The translations under genes were made by a program, and so were the position numbers. 64,000 nucleotides of DNA. Origin: Nitrospirota bacterium (GTDB lineage Bacteria > Nitrospirota > UBA9217). Within the stretch, counting starts at the first letter, position 1, and the number at the start of each line of letters is the position of its first letter. The notes beneath the pieces were generated by a model that made no database searches, was not told the origin of the DNA, and saw only the letters and a list, made by a program, of their open reading frames with translations. Below are positions 1 to 9,933 of this stretch, piece by piece. The DNA lies in the NCBI GenBank assembly GCA_963737155.1, contig CAVTRN010000001.1, forward strand, positions 1,248,001 to 1,312,000. The letters run 5' to 3'.

Positions 1-690
1 GATAAAAGGAATCAATAATATGCAAGCTGTTTCAGACAGCCCTGCGTAAGCTGTACGTGGCCGAGCTCAGTTCGTTCACGGCATAATTTTCAGAAACTTT
101 TCGAGAGCTATGCTTTTTAGGGTTGCCGATAGGGTAAAAAAATTTATTTTATGCTAGAAATGGGTTGTTCCGCGCCACACACTTTCGTTATCATCTGTGC
201 CAAAATCCCATCTCTTAGGACGAGGATATAAGGCGTTGGCTGCAAGCAACCGGACAACTATTGTTTCGTTTCAGTATTAGGTTAGCAAATGTTCACCTGA
301 ATGATATGTTGCCTACTATATAGTTTGATTTGCAAGGTATGATTAACCTCGGCAAAGCATTAGTAACCGATGACGGCACTGTTTGATGCTCCCATCTTGT
401 TGGAATGAAGTGTCATTATGATACTGTCAAAAGTTTATGAAATTCAGAGAGGCAAGCATGAAACCATAGAGGGCGCGGAGGAAGACCGGTTAATGCCGGT
501 GCCTGATTTTTCAGTAAGATACTCTGTGCTCTCGTAGTTGACCCATCAAGACAAGGATCAGAAACGCTGGTAACAAGGGGGGCATAGAGGGGAAAATGCT
601 AGTGGCTGATTGACTCACTGAATTCAATATGTTCTCTGTTTTCTGTGCCTAATAGTTTGACAATACGATCGCCATAAGAAGGAGGCAACC

Positions 691-1257
691 ATGAAAAAGT
701 CGCTCGGTGCCAAAACGCTTGCTCTGCCAGCGCCTGTCTGGGTTGTTGGAAGTTATGATTCACTGGGAAAACCGAACATCATGACTATTGCTTGGGGGGG
801 AATCTGCTGTTCGCAACCTCCCTGTGTGACAATTTCCTTGCGCAAGGCAACATATACTTATGGGTGCATCATGGAGCGCAAGGCGTACACCATTAGCATC
901 CCTTCAGCCGCGCTGGTGAGGGAAGTGGACTATGTGGGCACGACTTCGGGAAAAAATGTCGATAAGTTTGCGGTGACAAAGCTGACCCCTGTTCGAAGCG
1001 AATTCGTTGACGCTCCGTACATAAAAGAATTCCCTATTGTGATCGAATGTAGGGTGCGCCACACGTTGGAGATCGGACTCCACACGCAATTCATTGGTGA
1101 GATTATGGACATCAAAGCCGAAGAGTTGGTACTTGGAGACCACGGCATGGCAGACATTCTGAAGGTCAAGCCACTAATTTTCGATACTGGGGATGGTGCT
1201 TATTATGGTATTGGCGAACGTATCGGCAAAGCTTTTTCAATTGGCAAAAAAGATTAA
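691..1257 (+). CDS. Flavin reductase-like / flavoredoxin family FMN-binding protein
   Basis: [11 protein letters not shown]...[24 protein letters not shown] and HTQFIGEI match the flavoredoxin family; GGAGG RBS upstream. Confidence 0.88.
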   Translation: MKKSLGAKTLALPAPVWVVGSYDSLGKPNIMTIAWGGICCSQPPCVTISLRKATYTYGCIMERKAYTISIPSAALVREVDYVGTTSGKNVDKFAVTKLTPVRSEFVDAPYIKEFPIVIECRVRHTLEIGLHTQFIGEIMDIKAEELVLGDHGMADILKVKPLIFDTGDGAYYGIGERIGKAFSIGKKD

Positions 1258-1913
1258 TTTTCTCGACCGATGATCTCAGCAAGCAGCAACGAGAGCATAT
1301 CGCAGAACAATGCGTACTGACAATTTTGTCAATTCAACTTAAACAATGCGGGATAGATATTCATGAGTTATTTTCCTTTTCTTTTGCAGTTTTCATATTT
1401 TGAGGCAGATAAACCTTCATTCCGCTGATTCGAAGCATGCAAGGTTGAATTATTTTGTGATATAATGGACAAGGTGATAATCCTCGGATATGTTCCTTCA
1501 TTTACTCGTAGTCGAAGTTTTTTGATTTTATTACTGCTTTTAGAAATTTCCTTTCCTCTGCATTTAGCTTGATAAGATCGCGCAGTACCTTTTTATGCCC
1601 CTTGTAATTAGCAAACGATTTCTTATCAGCTTTCTATCTGAAATCCGCACGCCAGGGCACGCTCACTTGGAGGTGTAAGTACTATATGGACACGGATACG
1701 AAATCATTAAGTTACTAAAAACTATATAAGTAAAGTCTCATTATGCATCGGGAATTATCATTAATAGAGGGGATACAGCAAATTCCATGAGGTGTTACTA
1801 ACGCATGTCGCAATAACTACTAAAAAATTAAAAATCATATACTAAGGTTTGGTTTATACGATGACCATCTCAGATCAGTGCATTTGTTTTGGCAGCTGTT
1901 TTGGCACTATGTC

Positions 1914-1943
1914 TTGACATATTACCGATAATCAGGATACACT
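1914..1943 (+). promoter_or_regulatory. Putative sigma70 promoter of the ceramide operon
   Basis: TTGACA-18 nt-TACACT about 30 nt before the 1974 start. Confidence 0.45.
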
Positions 1944-1973
1944 GTAAGCATATGTGCTGGACTGGGAGGGCGG

Positions 1974-2972
1974 ATGGCGCAAGAGGGGGCTCGACGAGTA
2001 CTGGTTACGGGCGGAACCGGTTTTGTGGGAAGCCATCTTGTTGAACGGCTCCTCCGGAACGGTTATGCGGTAAGCTGCTTGGTGAGGGATCCTCTTCATT
2101 TGCGCTGGCTTGAGGGTATGGATGTGCAACTTGCAGACGGCGACTGTGCTCGGCCCGATTCGCTTGCCGTAGCCGTGCAGGGCGTTTCGGTCGTATTCCA
2201 TTGCGCCGGACTAACCAAGGCAAAACATGCTCGCGAATTTTACCTCGTGAACCATCTCGGCACAAAGAATCTTTTGGAAGCATGCGCACGATATAATCCC
2301 GATATTAAGAAATTTGTACTGGTTTCTAGCCAGGCGGCGGCAGGCCCGAGCCCGGACGGACGACCGGTCAAAGATGACGACACACCGCATCCTGTGTCTG
2401 ATTATGGCAGGAGCAAGCTTCTTGCCGAAGTGGAGACGCTCGGTTATAAAGAACGCCTTCCTGTTGTGATTATCCGGCCATCGAGTGTCTATGGGCCGAG
2501 AGATGCGGATTTTTACGAATTTTTCCGCTGGGCCAGTCATGGCTTGGCTCTCGAGATGACTGGAGGAGATCGATATCTCAACTTGTGCTACGTCGAAGAC
2601 CTGACAGCGGCGCTGCTTTTCTCAGCCGAGCAGAGGACGCAGAGCGGCAGCATATATTTTGTCGCGGAGAACAGGCCCTACTCGTGGTCGGATTTTTGGG
2701 CGATGCTTCTTTCCACTGGCTGCGTGAAGGGACGCACGATTAAAATTCCTTACGGGGTGGCCTACCTGATCGGTCTCGCATCCGAAATGGGGAGCCTGTT
2801 TGCCAAACGGCCGGCGCTTGCGAGTAGGCAGAAGGTGCGGGAAGCCGCACAGAGATATTGGCTTTGCGATGTTGGTAAGATTGAGAATGACCTTCGCTTC
2901 CGGGCGGAGTATTCGCTGCAGAAAGGGCTGGAACGCACATGGCAATGGTACAGAAAAAAGCAATGGCTGTAG
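1974..2972 (+). CDS. Extended SDR NAD-dependent epimerase/reductase; candidate ceramide (3-oxo) reductase
   Basis: TGGTGFVG Rossmann motif, VFHCAG, catalytic YGRSK; overlaps the spt-like gene. Confidence 0.8.
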   Translation: MAQEGARRVLVTGGTGFVGSHLVERLLRNGYAVSCLVRDPLHLRWLEGMDVQLADGDCARPDSLAVAVQGVSVVFHCAGLTKAKHAREFYLVNHLGTKNLLEACARYNPDIKKFVLVSSQAAAGPSPDGRPVKDDDTPHPVSDYGRSKLLAEVETLGYKERLPVVIIRPSSVYGPRDADFYEFFRWASHGLALEMTGGDRYLNLCYVEDLTAALLFSAEQRTQSGSIYFVAENRPYSWSDFWAMLLSTGCVKGRTIKIPYGVAYLIGLASEMGSLFAKRPALASRQKVREAAQRYWLCDVGKIENDLRFRAEYSLQKGLERTWQWYRKKQWL

Positions 2973-4195
2973 TAGGGGAACCGGTTCCGCTTGGGGCTGA
3001 GGGGGCAAAGACGCCGGATTTGTTCGAAAAATGCTGGAAGTTTACGGCCGCGAAAGAAGTTATGGCCGCCGGATTTTATCCATATTTCCATGTCGTGGAA
3101 TCGGAGCAGAGCCCCGAGGTGATCGTTGAGGGCCGGAAGATGATCATGCTTGGGTCGAACAATTATCTCGGGCTTACCAACCATCCGAAGGTGAAGGAAG
3201 CGGCCATTGAAGCAGTGAAGAAATACGGCAGCGGATGTGCGGGTTCGCGATTCCTGAACGGGACCCTCGATATCCATGTGAAGCTCGAGGATAAGCTGGC
3301 GTCTTTCTTTCGCAAGGACGCGGCGCTTGCTTTCCCCACAGGATATCAAACCAACCTCGGGATCATAGCATCCCTCGCGGGCAAGGATGACGTGGTTGTG
3401 ATCGACAAACTCGACCACGCGAGCATCATCGATGCGTGCAGGCTGTCCTTCGCCGAGGTCAAAAAGTTCAAGCACAACGATATGGACAGCCTTGAATATG
3501 TTCTCAAGGAAATCGGGAATCGCGGCAAACTCGTGGTCGTGGACGGCGTGTACAGCATGGAAGGGGACATTGCGCCGCTTCCTGATATCGTCAAGGTCTG
3601 CAAGAAATACGGGGCGCGGCTCATGGTGGACGACGCCCACGGCGTCGGCGTTCTGGGGGGCACCGGCCGCGGGACAGCCGAACATTTCGGCCTCGAGAAG
3701 GAAGTGGACTTGATCATGGGCACCTACAGTAAATCCATGGCGTCCATCGGCGGCTTCGTTGCGGCCGACAAGGATGTGATCCATTACATAAAACACACGT
3801 CCCGTCCGCTTATTTTCTCCGCAAGTCCTCCACCGGCCTCGGTGGCGGCGGTCATCGCAGCGCTGGATATCATTGACCAGGAACCCGAACGAAGGGAGCG
3901 GTTGTGGCAAACCACGCGTAAGATGATGCAGGCGTTCAAACAGATGGGCTACGACACGGGTGTCGCCGAGACGCCGATCGTTCCACTCGTCATTGGTGAG
4001 ATGGAGCGAACGTTCATGATGTGGAAGACCCTGTATGACGAGGGGGTGTTCGTGAACCCCGTGGTCCCGCCGGCCACGCTGTCGGGCCGCTGCCTTATCC
4101 GCACGAGCTTCATGGCGACCCACACCGACGAAATGCTCGACCGGGTGCTCGGCGTAATCGAGAAAGCCGGGAAAAAGCTTGGCGTGATCTCGTAG
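2963..4195 (+). CDS. spt: Serine palmitoyltransferase (PLP alpha-oxoamine synthase family)
   Basis: GSNNYLGL, GSRFLNGT, DHASIID, DDAHG, PLP-lysine motif GTYSKS, IFSAS; directly followed by a bCerS-like GNAT. Start could instead be 2939. Confidence 0.78.
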   Translation: MAVVGEPVPLGAEGAKTPDLFEKCWKFTAAKEVMAAGFYPYFHVVESEQSPEVIVEGRKMIMLGSNNYLGLTNHPKVKEAAIEAVKKYGSGCAGSRFLNGTLDIHVKLEDKLASFFRKDAALAFPTGYQTNLGIIASLAGKDDVVVIDKLDHASIIDACRLSFAEVKKFKHNDMDSLEYVLKEIGNRGKLVVVDGVYSMEGDIAPLPDIVKVCKKYGARLMVDDAHGVGVLGGTGRGTAEHFGLEKEVDLIMGTYSKSMASIGGFVAADKDVIHYIKHTSRPLIFSASPPPASVAAVIAALDIIDQEPERRERLWQTTRKMMQAFKQMGYDTGVAETPIVPLVIGEMERTFMMWKTLYDEGVFVNPVVPPATLSGRCLIRTSFMATHTDEMLDRVLGVIEKAGKKLGVIS

Positions 4196-4212
4196 TCGGC
4201 AAGGAGGAGCTT

Positions 4213-5325
4213 GTGAGCATCGAACAGGTCAACGGTGCGGTCGGTATGAACGAATTCATCCGGTTCCCGTGGAAAGTGTACCCGGGAAACCGCCAGTGGG
4301 TTCCGCCGCTCGTGAGCGATGTAAAATTTGTCTTGAGCGAGAAGAACCCCTTTTTTCGACACGCCGAAGCCGCCTATTTTCTTGCGCGCAAGAACGGAGA
4401 AGCGGTTGGCCGGATCGCGGCGATCATCGACCGCAACCACATCAACATTCACAATGAACAGGCCGGATTTTTCGGCTACTTCGAATGCCTGCCCGACGTT
4501 GCGGTCGCGCAGGAGCTTATCGACGCAGCTTCGGGATGGCTCAAGAAGCGGGATATTTCGATCATGCGGGGGCCCATGAACCCGTCTACGAACGACGAGT
4601 GCGGGTTCCTTCTTGAGGGGTTCGATTCCCCCCCCATGATCATGATGACCTATACGCCCGCCTATTATCTCGACTACATGGATCGCTGCGGTCTAGTCAA
4701 GGCCAAAGATCTCTTTGCCTACCTATCCATCATCAAAGACGTCTCTGCAGCGCCGAGGCTTGAAAAGCTGGCATCAGCCGTCAAAGAGCGCGTCCCCGGG
4801 CTTGTTGTGCGTCCGGCCAACATGAAGAATTTTCGCAAAGAGTTGGAAGCGGTAAAGGACATTTATAATTCCGCGTGGGGCCACAACTGGGGTTTCGTAC
4901 CCATGACGAATGAGGAAATAGATTCCATGGCGAAACGGTTGAAGCCGCTCATCGTGCCGGAGCTGCTCATCATGGCCGAGGTGGACGACAGGCCCGCGGG
5001 ATTTTTCATGGCTGTGCCCGACTACAACCAGGTCATGAGCAGGATCAACGGCAGGCTCGGCCCCCTCGAACTCGTCAAATTTCTCTGGTATTCGAGGAAG
5101 ATATCAGATATTCGCGTGCTCACCTTAGGCGTCAAAGAAGAGTTTCGGAAAAAAGGCATCGAGGGGCTGCTCTATCTTGAGTCGTTCAAAGCGGCGATGC
5201 GCAGGGGCTATGAGCGCGCTGAGATGTCCTGGGTTCTGGAGGACAATGCCCCGATGCGCAAAGGCTGTGAACTCATGGGTGGGAAGCTGTACAAGAAGTA
5301 CCGGATCTATGAGAAGGGCATTTGA
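4213..5325 (+). CDS. bcerS: GNAT-fold bacterial ceramide synthase-like protein
   Basis: 370 aa with FIRFPWKVY...WVPPL, GRIAAI, GFFGYFEC, MRGPMNPSTNDECGFLLEGF, NWGFVPMT, SWVLEDN and YKKYRIY, which are motifs of the bCerS family; adjacent to spt. Confidence 0.78.
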   Translation: MSIEQVNGAVGMNEFIRFPWKVYPGNRQWVPPLVSDVKFVLSEKNPFFRHAEAAYFLARKNGEAVGRIAAIIDRNHINIHNEQAGFFGYFECLPDVAVAQELIDAASGWLKKRDISIMRGPMNPSTNDECGFLLEGFDSPPMIMMTYTPAYYLDYMDRCGLVKAKDLFAYLSIIKDVSAAPRLEKLASAVKERVPGLVVRPANMKNFRKELEAVKDIYNSAWGHNWGFVPMTNEEIDSMAKRLKPLIVPELLIMAEVDDRPAGFFMAVPDYNQVMSRINGRLGPLELVKFLWYSRKISDIRVLTLGVKEEFRKKGIEGLLYLESFKAAMRRGYERAEMSWVLEDNAPMRKGCELMGGKLYKKYRIYEKGI

Positions 5326-5364
5326 CGTTTATCCGCATCAACGGAGACATGCATGCCGAATGCA

Positions 5365-6264
5365 TCAACGGGACTGCTGGACTTGGCCGCCCTTCCGGGC
5401 AATGCGTGAGAGTGCCTCGAACAGTATAGGTGCCAGATAAACGGTCAAAATCGTCAAGGCGATTCCCGCGATGACATCGATAACGTAATGATATCGAAGA
5501 TACACGGTCGAGAAGATCAGTCCCGCCACTACCGGAATTAATCCCGTAAAAAGTCTTTTCTCCTTTTCTTTCCACGCATAATAGAGACTCATGAGCGAAA
5601 CAGCTGTATGGCCGCTTGGGAATGCATCGGTCTTATTTTTTTCCAGACCGTTCAGAGCACCCTGAATCTTTTCGATGAACGGGGGAATCTGCAGGCCCTT
5701 GGTCTGGAGATCAACGAGCGTAAAGCGGGGCCCGACTGCGGGAACGATCAGGTAGCCGATATAGGAAAGATAAAAGCAGAGCAGGATGCCGAATAGGACC
5801 TCTTCGAATTCCCCGAACCTGCCCCTGGCAATGAGCACGGTGCCGACCGAGATGGGGATGAAAAAATAACTGATGTAGGCGAACTGGAGAAGAGTCGAAA
5901 GAATCGGGCTGATCAGCTGTTCCATCCATACTGTCGGGTGAACGCCGAAGAGCGCATGATCGATAGAGATGAGATAAGAGTCGAATGTCGTCCTATGAAT
6001 GCTGGCGATGAGTTTCCCCAGACTGTTAAAAATAGTGGAAATTGTTATCACTGTCACGGCAACCGAAAGGTAGAAACCCTTTTTTACCGGTCCTACCCTC
6101 GTGCGGTATACGGCAACCGCCAGGATCGCAACCACCAGCACCGTGTACGTAGCGAGAAGTCCGGCCCACGATGGATTCATAGGCGCGGAAAAAACCGCAA
6201 GACCTGAGAACAGGAAAAGAAAAAAAAGCGTCAGCAGATCGGAGGGCCTCAAGACGAAGTGCAT
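5365..6264 (-). CDS. PAP2-superfamily membrane protein of the Aur1/IPC-synthase-like (PAP2_3) type
   Basis: Multi-pass membrane protein with VPAVGPRF, DAFPSGH and STVYLRYHYVIDVIAG motifs. Confidence 0.8.
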   Translation of the reverse strand: MHFVLRPSDLLTLFFLFLFSGLAVFSAPMNPSWAGLLATYTVLVVAILAVAVYRTRVGPVKKGFYLSVAVTVITISTIFNSLGKLIASIHRTTFDSYLISIDHALFGVHPTVWMEQLISPILSTLLQFAYISYFFIPISVGTVLIARGRFGEFEEVLFGILLCFYLSYIGYLIVPAVGPRFTLVDLQTKGLQIPPFIEKIQGALNGLEKNKTDAFPSGHTAVSLMSLYYAWKEKEKRLFTGLIPVVAGLIFSTVYLRYHYVIDVIAGIALTILTVYLAPILFEALSRIARKGGQVQQSR

Positions 6265-6371
6265 AGCGATATATACACTACCTTTGGCGAAATTGCAATC
6301 GTAACATCCATTTCCGGCTGACTATATGTCTTTAGCATAGACCAAGATGGAGCGCGATAAAAACAGCAAGA

Positions 6372-7115
6372 TCAGTAGAGCTTATGGCAGGGAACCCCCG
6401 CCTTTTCAAAAGTAGCCTTCAATTCCTCGCCTTTTTCAAGGAAGAAATCCTCATCCAGTGCCCATGACATCCCGTGTTCTTTATATGCCTGGTCAGCATA
6501 ATGATAATTGTACCGGTCGATCAATACATGGTCCACCGTGCCCTTCAGCAAGTCCACAAGCCCGTCAGCATGGGGAAGCAGGGGCGCAATCATAACAAAG
6601 GTTTTTATCCCTTCTGAATGAAGAATTCCCAATGCCTCGATACGCTTAGCTATGGGCGGGGCGCCGGGTTCGAATATCCTCCGCACCCTCTCATCCGCAG
6701 TGGTTATGGTGAACCCGGCCTCAACGTCCGTTGATCTCTTCAGGATCGCAATATCCCGCAGGACCAACGGGGATTTTGTCTGGATCGTGACCGGCCATGC
6801 CTGTTTAACGAGAATTTCGAGGCATCTCCTGGTGAGCATATACTTCTTTTCCAGGGGTTGATATGCATCACACACCCCGCTTATCCAGACCCTGCCCTTG
6901 TGCTTTTTCTTCACCTCCTGGGACAAGAGATCGGCCGCATTTATTTTTACATCGACGAATGCTCCCCATGGTTCCGAGTGACCGGTAAATCTCCTCATGA
7001 ACTTAGCGTAGCAGTAAAGGCAACGATGCTGACATCCGACATAGGCATTCAAGGCATAGTCATAGACCTGAGATTTCGAGAGGATGGTTTTTGCTTCAAT
7101 CTCTTTGACGATCAT
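6372..7115 (-). CDS. Radical SAM protein, spore-photoproduct-lyase-like family
   Basis: NAYVGCQHRCLYCYA (CxxxCxxC), DAYQPLE, TKSPLVLRD; start placed at MIVKEI. Confidence 0.85.
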   Translation of the reverse strand: MIVKEIEAKTILSKSQVYDYALNAYVGCQHRCLYCYAKFMRRFTGHSEPWGAFVDVKINAADLLSQEVKKKHKGRVWISGVCDAYQPLEKKYMLTRRCLEILVKQAWPVTIQTKSPLVLRDIAILKRSTDVEAGFTITTADERVRRIFEPGAPPIAKRIEALGILHSEGIKTFVMIAPLLPHADGLVDLLKGTVDHVLIDRYNYHYADQAYKEHGMSWALDEDFFLEKGEELKATFEKAGVPCHKLY

Positions 7116-7913
7116 GTGTCCATTATACAGCAGGAACACGTTGGGAGAAAGGTCCATCAGAATGATGCGGATGAAAGTGTTAGCCATCGGCATAGCTCTT
7201 GAACATAGACCTGCCGCCTTTTTTAAACAGCACGCAAGGCCTTTGAACTATGTGATATTTGTAGTTCCGGCGCTTGACGGAGATGATGTATGTTACAACT
7301 CTGATGAGCTTTCTATGAAGGCAGTCGCAATTCGCATCTTTGAGGGAGTCCACTTACAGCAAAAAATGCGAGATGGAAAGCATTGATTTCAATCGAGGGA
7401 ACGTTTTTTAGATTTTTAAAACAGGAGCATTATCACCGGCAGACGAAAAGAGGACGATTTCAGTAATCGCGTCCTCTCTGTGAGATGAAAAAAGACGCAC
7501 ATCCATAACGAGTATCGTCTCTGACCCTACTTTACTTCTCTATCTGGTATTCGAAGTAATAGAAATTGGGCCGACATCGGTACTCACTTCTATAGGACCT
7601 CCTGTCATGATCGAAAGGAAACATATAACATTTACACATTTAAAAGAAATCAAGAAGGCTTCCCCGTAAAAATTAAAATGCAGAATCAATAAAGATCAAA
7701 ATCGATACCTATCACCCCCTCATTGACATCGTATCCAAATCCGTTATCGTTTACATGCACTACTGATTCGCCGATCTGGCATAACACCGAATCGCCTTCT
7801 AACAACGAGCAATGCGTCATGCGGATACTACACAAAACAATGGCAGGCCCCGCTGCAGCCTGCCTAAGCGTTTGAGCAACATGAAAGTTCGAGAATCCTT
7901 GCTCACGAATCAA

Positions 7914-8285
7914 TTACAATCCCCAACCTTGCGAAATGGCGACGCCATTGCTATCGCCGGAGAAGACTGTAATGCCATTCGTGGTTTCTTCTGTCCCCTC
8001 ACGCATGCCGCCAGCACCAGAACTCTCAATCGACTCGCTGCCCGGCTCCATAGAGCTAGCTATGGTCCCATAAGGATGGCCTGAGAAATCCGTAACGCCA
8101 TTTGCAAGCTCTGCCGCTTCGCCTGAATAATTCATTGATGCGCCGGCCGGCTCCGTTGAGGTAACCACAGTCCCGTAAGGATGGCCAGAGAAATCCGTAA
8201 TGCCGTTATCAAAAGCTTCTGCATAGACTGCTCCTAATGCAAGTACAAATATCGTCGATATAGCAAGAATTAGAAGTTTTTTCAT
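7914..8285 (-). CDS. Small secreted protein with NG[IV]TxFSG repeats
   Basis: GGAGG RBS, signal peptide MKKLLILA...AVYA, three copies of NG(I/V)T(D/V)FSG. Confidence 0.7.
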   Translation of the reverse strand: MKKLLILAISTIFVLALGAVYAEAFDNGITDFSGHPYGTVVTSTEPAGASMNYSGEAAELANGVTDFSGHPYGTIASSMEPGSESIESSGAGGMREGTEETTNGITVFSGDSNGVAISQGWGL

Positions 8286-8554
8286 TTTAGTGTCCTCCTT
8301 CATTTTATTTTGTTTCAAAAAACACTTTCTCCGTCGAATCAATATCCAGTAGATGATTACAGTATATCACAGTAAAACAGTCTTATTTAGAATTCTTGTC
8401 GATTTTATTTTTTTCTGATACTTAATTTGTAATGTTTAAGCTTCCGACTGCTTGCATATTTGCCCAGGTCACGGGCGTTAACGTCTATGAAACCGTTCCC
8501 GATTATTCCTAGACCGGGCTAATGGAATAAAGCTTGTGGATCTGACGCACGACG

Positions 8555-8745
8555 ATTAAGGGCATTCAAGCAATCTAGCCATCATAGGAACGGATACTCG
8601 TTTGCGTGGGAGATAATCCCTGCTCGACGCACCTATAGCGCAGAAGGAGGGCGCGGGCTGCGTGCCGAATGGATTGTCGTGCATGTAGGAGGCCCCCTTA
8701 TGAGTGCAGCCGTCGGAAAGCTATCTGAAGGAGTTGGCCGATCAT
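8555..8745 (+). pseudogene. kdpD: Decayed fragment of the KdpD sensor USP domain
   Basis: Translates IKGIQAI*PS*ERILVCVGDNPCSTHL*R, then GLRAEWIVVHV after a frame change; resembles KdpD WPxxERILVCxG...GLxAEWxAVxV; in-frame stops. Confidence 0.55.
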
Positions 8746-9285
8746 AGTGAGAAAGTCCTCGCCTATTCATAAACTTCAGGTCGTCTCTGGGTGATATCGT
8801 GTGGGGAGGTCGAGATATCGATATATTATATATATGTCATTTCTGGCAAGCCCAGGAAAAAAATCATCAGTATTATAAAGAAATTGTAAGGGTCTCAAGC
8901 AAAAGCTGGCACTAAAGTTGTGTGAAAATAGAGACCTTTTGTTCGATAGCCCCAACGATGGGATATCCTCGAATCGAAACTACGTGATTTGTGGTTACTG
9001 CTTGCGGCATAGAGCGAACTATTGCATCCTCTTTTCATCCGGCGCGGTACGGAAGAAAACCATGTAGGGAGCATAATATCTACTCATACCAACGCTGGAT
9101 AATTCAAAAATGCTCGGGATAATACGCATTCACCCTAAGTACATCGGCCCGCCGATTATTATACCTAGCAGGGAGTCGGATTTTAGAGTGCCATCGGGGA
9201 GAGTTTGCTGAGGGGATCATATGTAGCTAGCTTATCGTGCTATACTGTAATCAAGGTTTTTGCGGTTGAGAACAAGGAGGTGGAC

Positions 9286-9582
9286 ATGAAAATCATAGCT
9301 TCGTTAATGATCTCCAGTCTCATGATATTCACTCTGACCGGGTGTCTCTATACACACATTACCGTACCTTTAAGCACCGAGCTCAACAAGACAGCGCTGG
9401 GAAACAAGCAAGGCGAGTCGTCGATTTACTCGGCTATATGGCTCTTTGCCTGGGGCGACGGCGGCGCTGCCGCAGCCGCGAAAAACGGCGGGATCACGAT
9501 CATGACACACATGGATAGGAAGTTATACAGTATTATGTTCGGTATCTACACGCGTACAACAACGATCGTCTACGGCGACTGA
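9286..9582 (+). CDS. TRL-like family small lipoprotein
   Basis: Lipobox LTGC, then LYTHITVP...GDGGAAAAAKNGGIT...D...TIVYGD; GGAGG RBS. Confidence 0.7.
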   Translation: MKIIASLMISSLMIFTLTGCLYTHITVPLSTELNKTALGNKQGESSIYSAIWLFAWGDGGAAAAAKNGGITIMTHMDRKLYSIMFGIYTRTTTIVYGD

Positions 9583-9594
9583 CGGAGGTGCTGG

Positions 9595-9933
9595 ATGAAA
9601 AGGATCAGTCGAGAAATCGTCGTCCTATCGATATCACTCATCCTTGCTGGATGCGCAAACGGTGTATTGTTTAATAGCGGACTCTACTCTCACACCGTGA
9701 TGCCGCTCACTATAAATCCGAATCCAACGGAAGTCAGGAACAGCCTGCAACAAGCGCGCGGATACGCGAACCAGATTCAGTATAACATGATCTCAATTCG
9801 CGTGGGCAAAAACGGCCTTGGCCAAGTTGCAAAGGAACACGGCCTCAAGACAGTTTATTTTGCCGACATTGAAAGATGGAGCGCGGCCTTCGGTTTGTGG
9901 CAAATGGAAGTTGTGCGAATCTATGGCAAGTGA
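9595..9933 (+). CDS. TRL-like family small lipoprotein (second paralogue)
   Basis: Lipobox LAGC, GLYSHTVMPL...AKEHGLKTVYFAD...VRIYGK, the same architecture as the upstream gene. Confidence 0.65.
   Translation: MKRISREIVVLSISLILAGCANGVLFNSGLYSHTVMPLTINPNPTEVRNSLQQARGYANQIQYNMISIRVGKNGLGQVAKEHGLKTVYFADIERWSAAFGLWQMEVVRIYGK

Noticed and set aside
20-82. attC-like right half (GCCGAGCTCAGTTCGTTCA) at the window start
   Set aside because: No matching RYYYAAC left box or convincing pairing.
2762-4123. Long antisense ORFs (also 17420-18538 and 50624-51601)
   Set aside because: They are shadows of well-supported genes on the opposite strand and have no motifs of their own.
2963-4195. Annotation as bioF or kbl
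   Set aside because: No bio or tdh genes are nearby, and the adjacent bCerS-like GNAT and GTxSKS motif favour Spt.
6372-8285. RiPP cluster made of the repeat protein and the radical SAM enzyme
   Set aside because: The radical SAM is SPL-like with no SPASM/RRE domain, appears to have its own promoter, and the repeat protein has a Sec signal.
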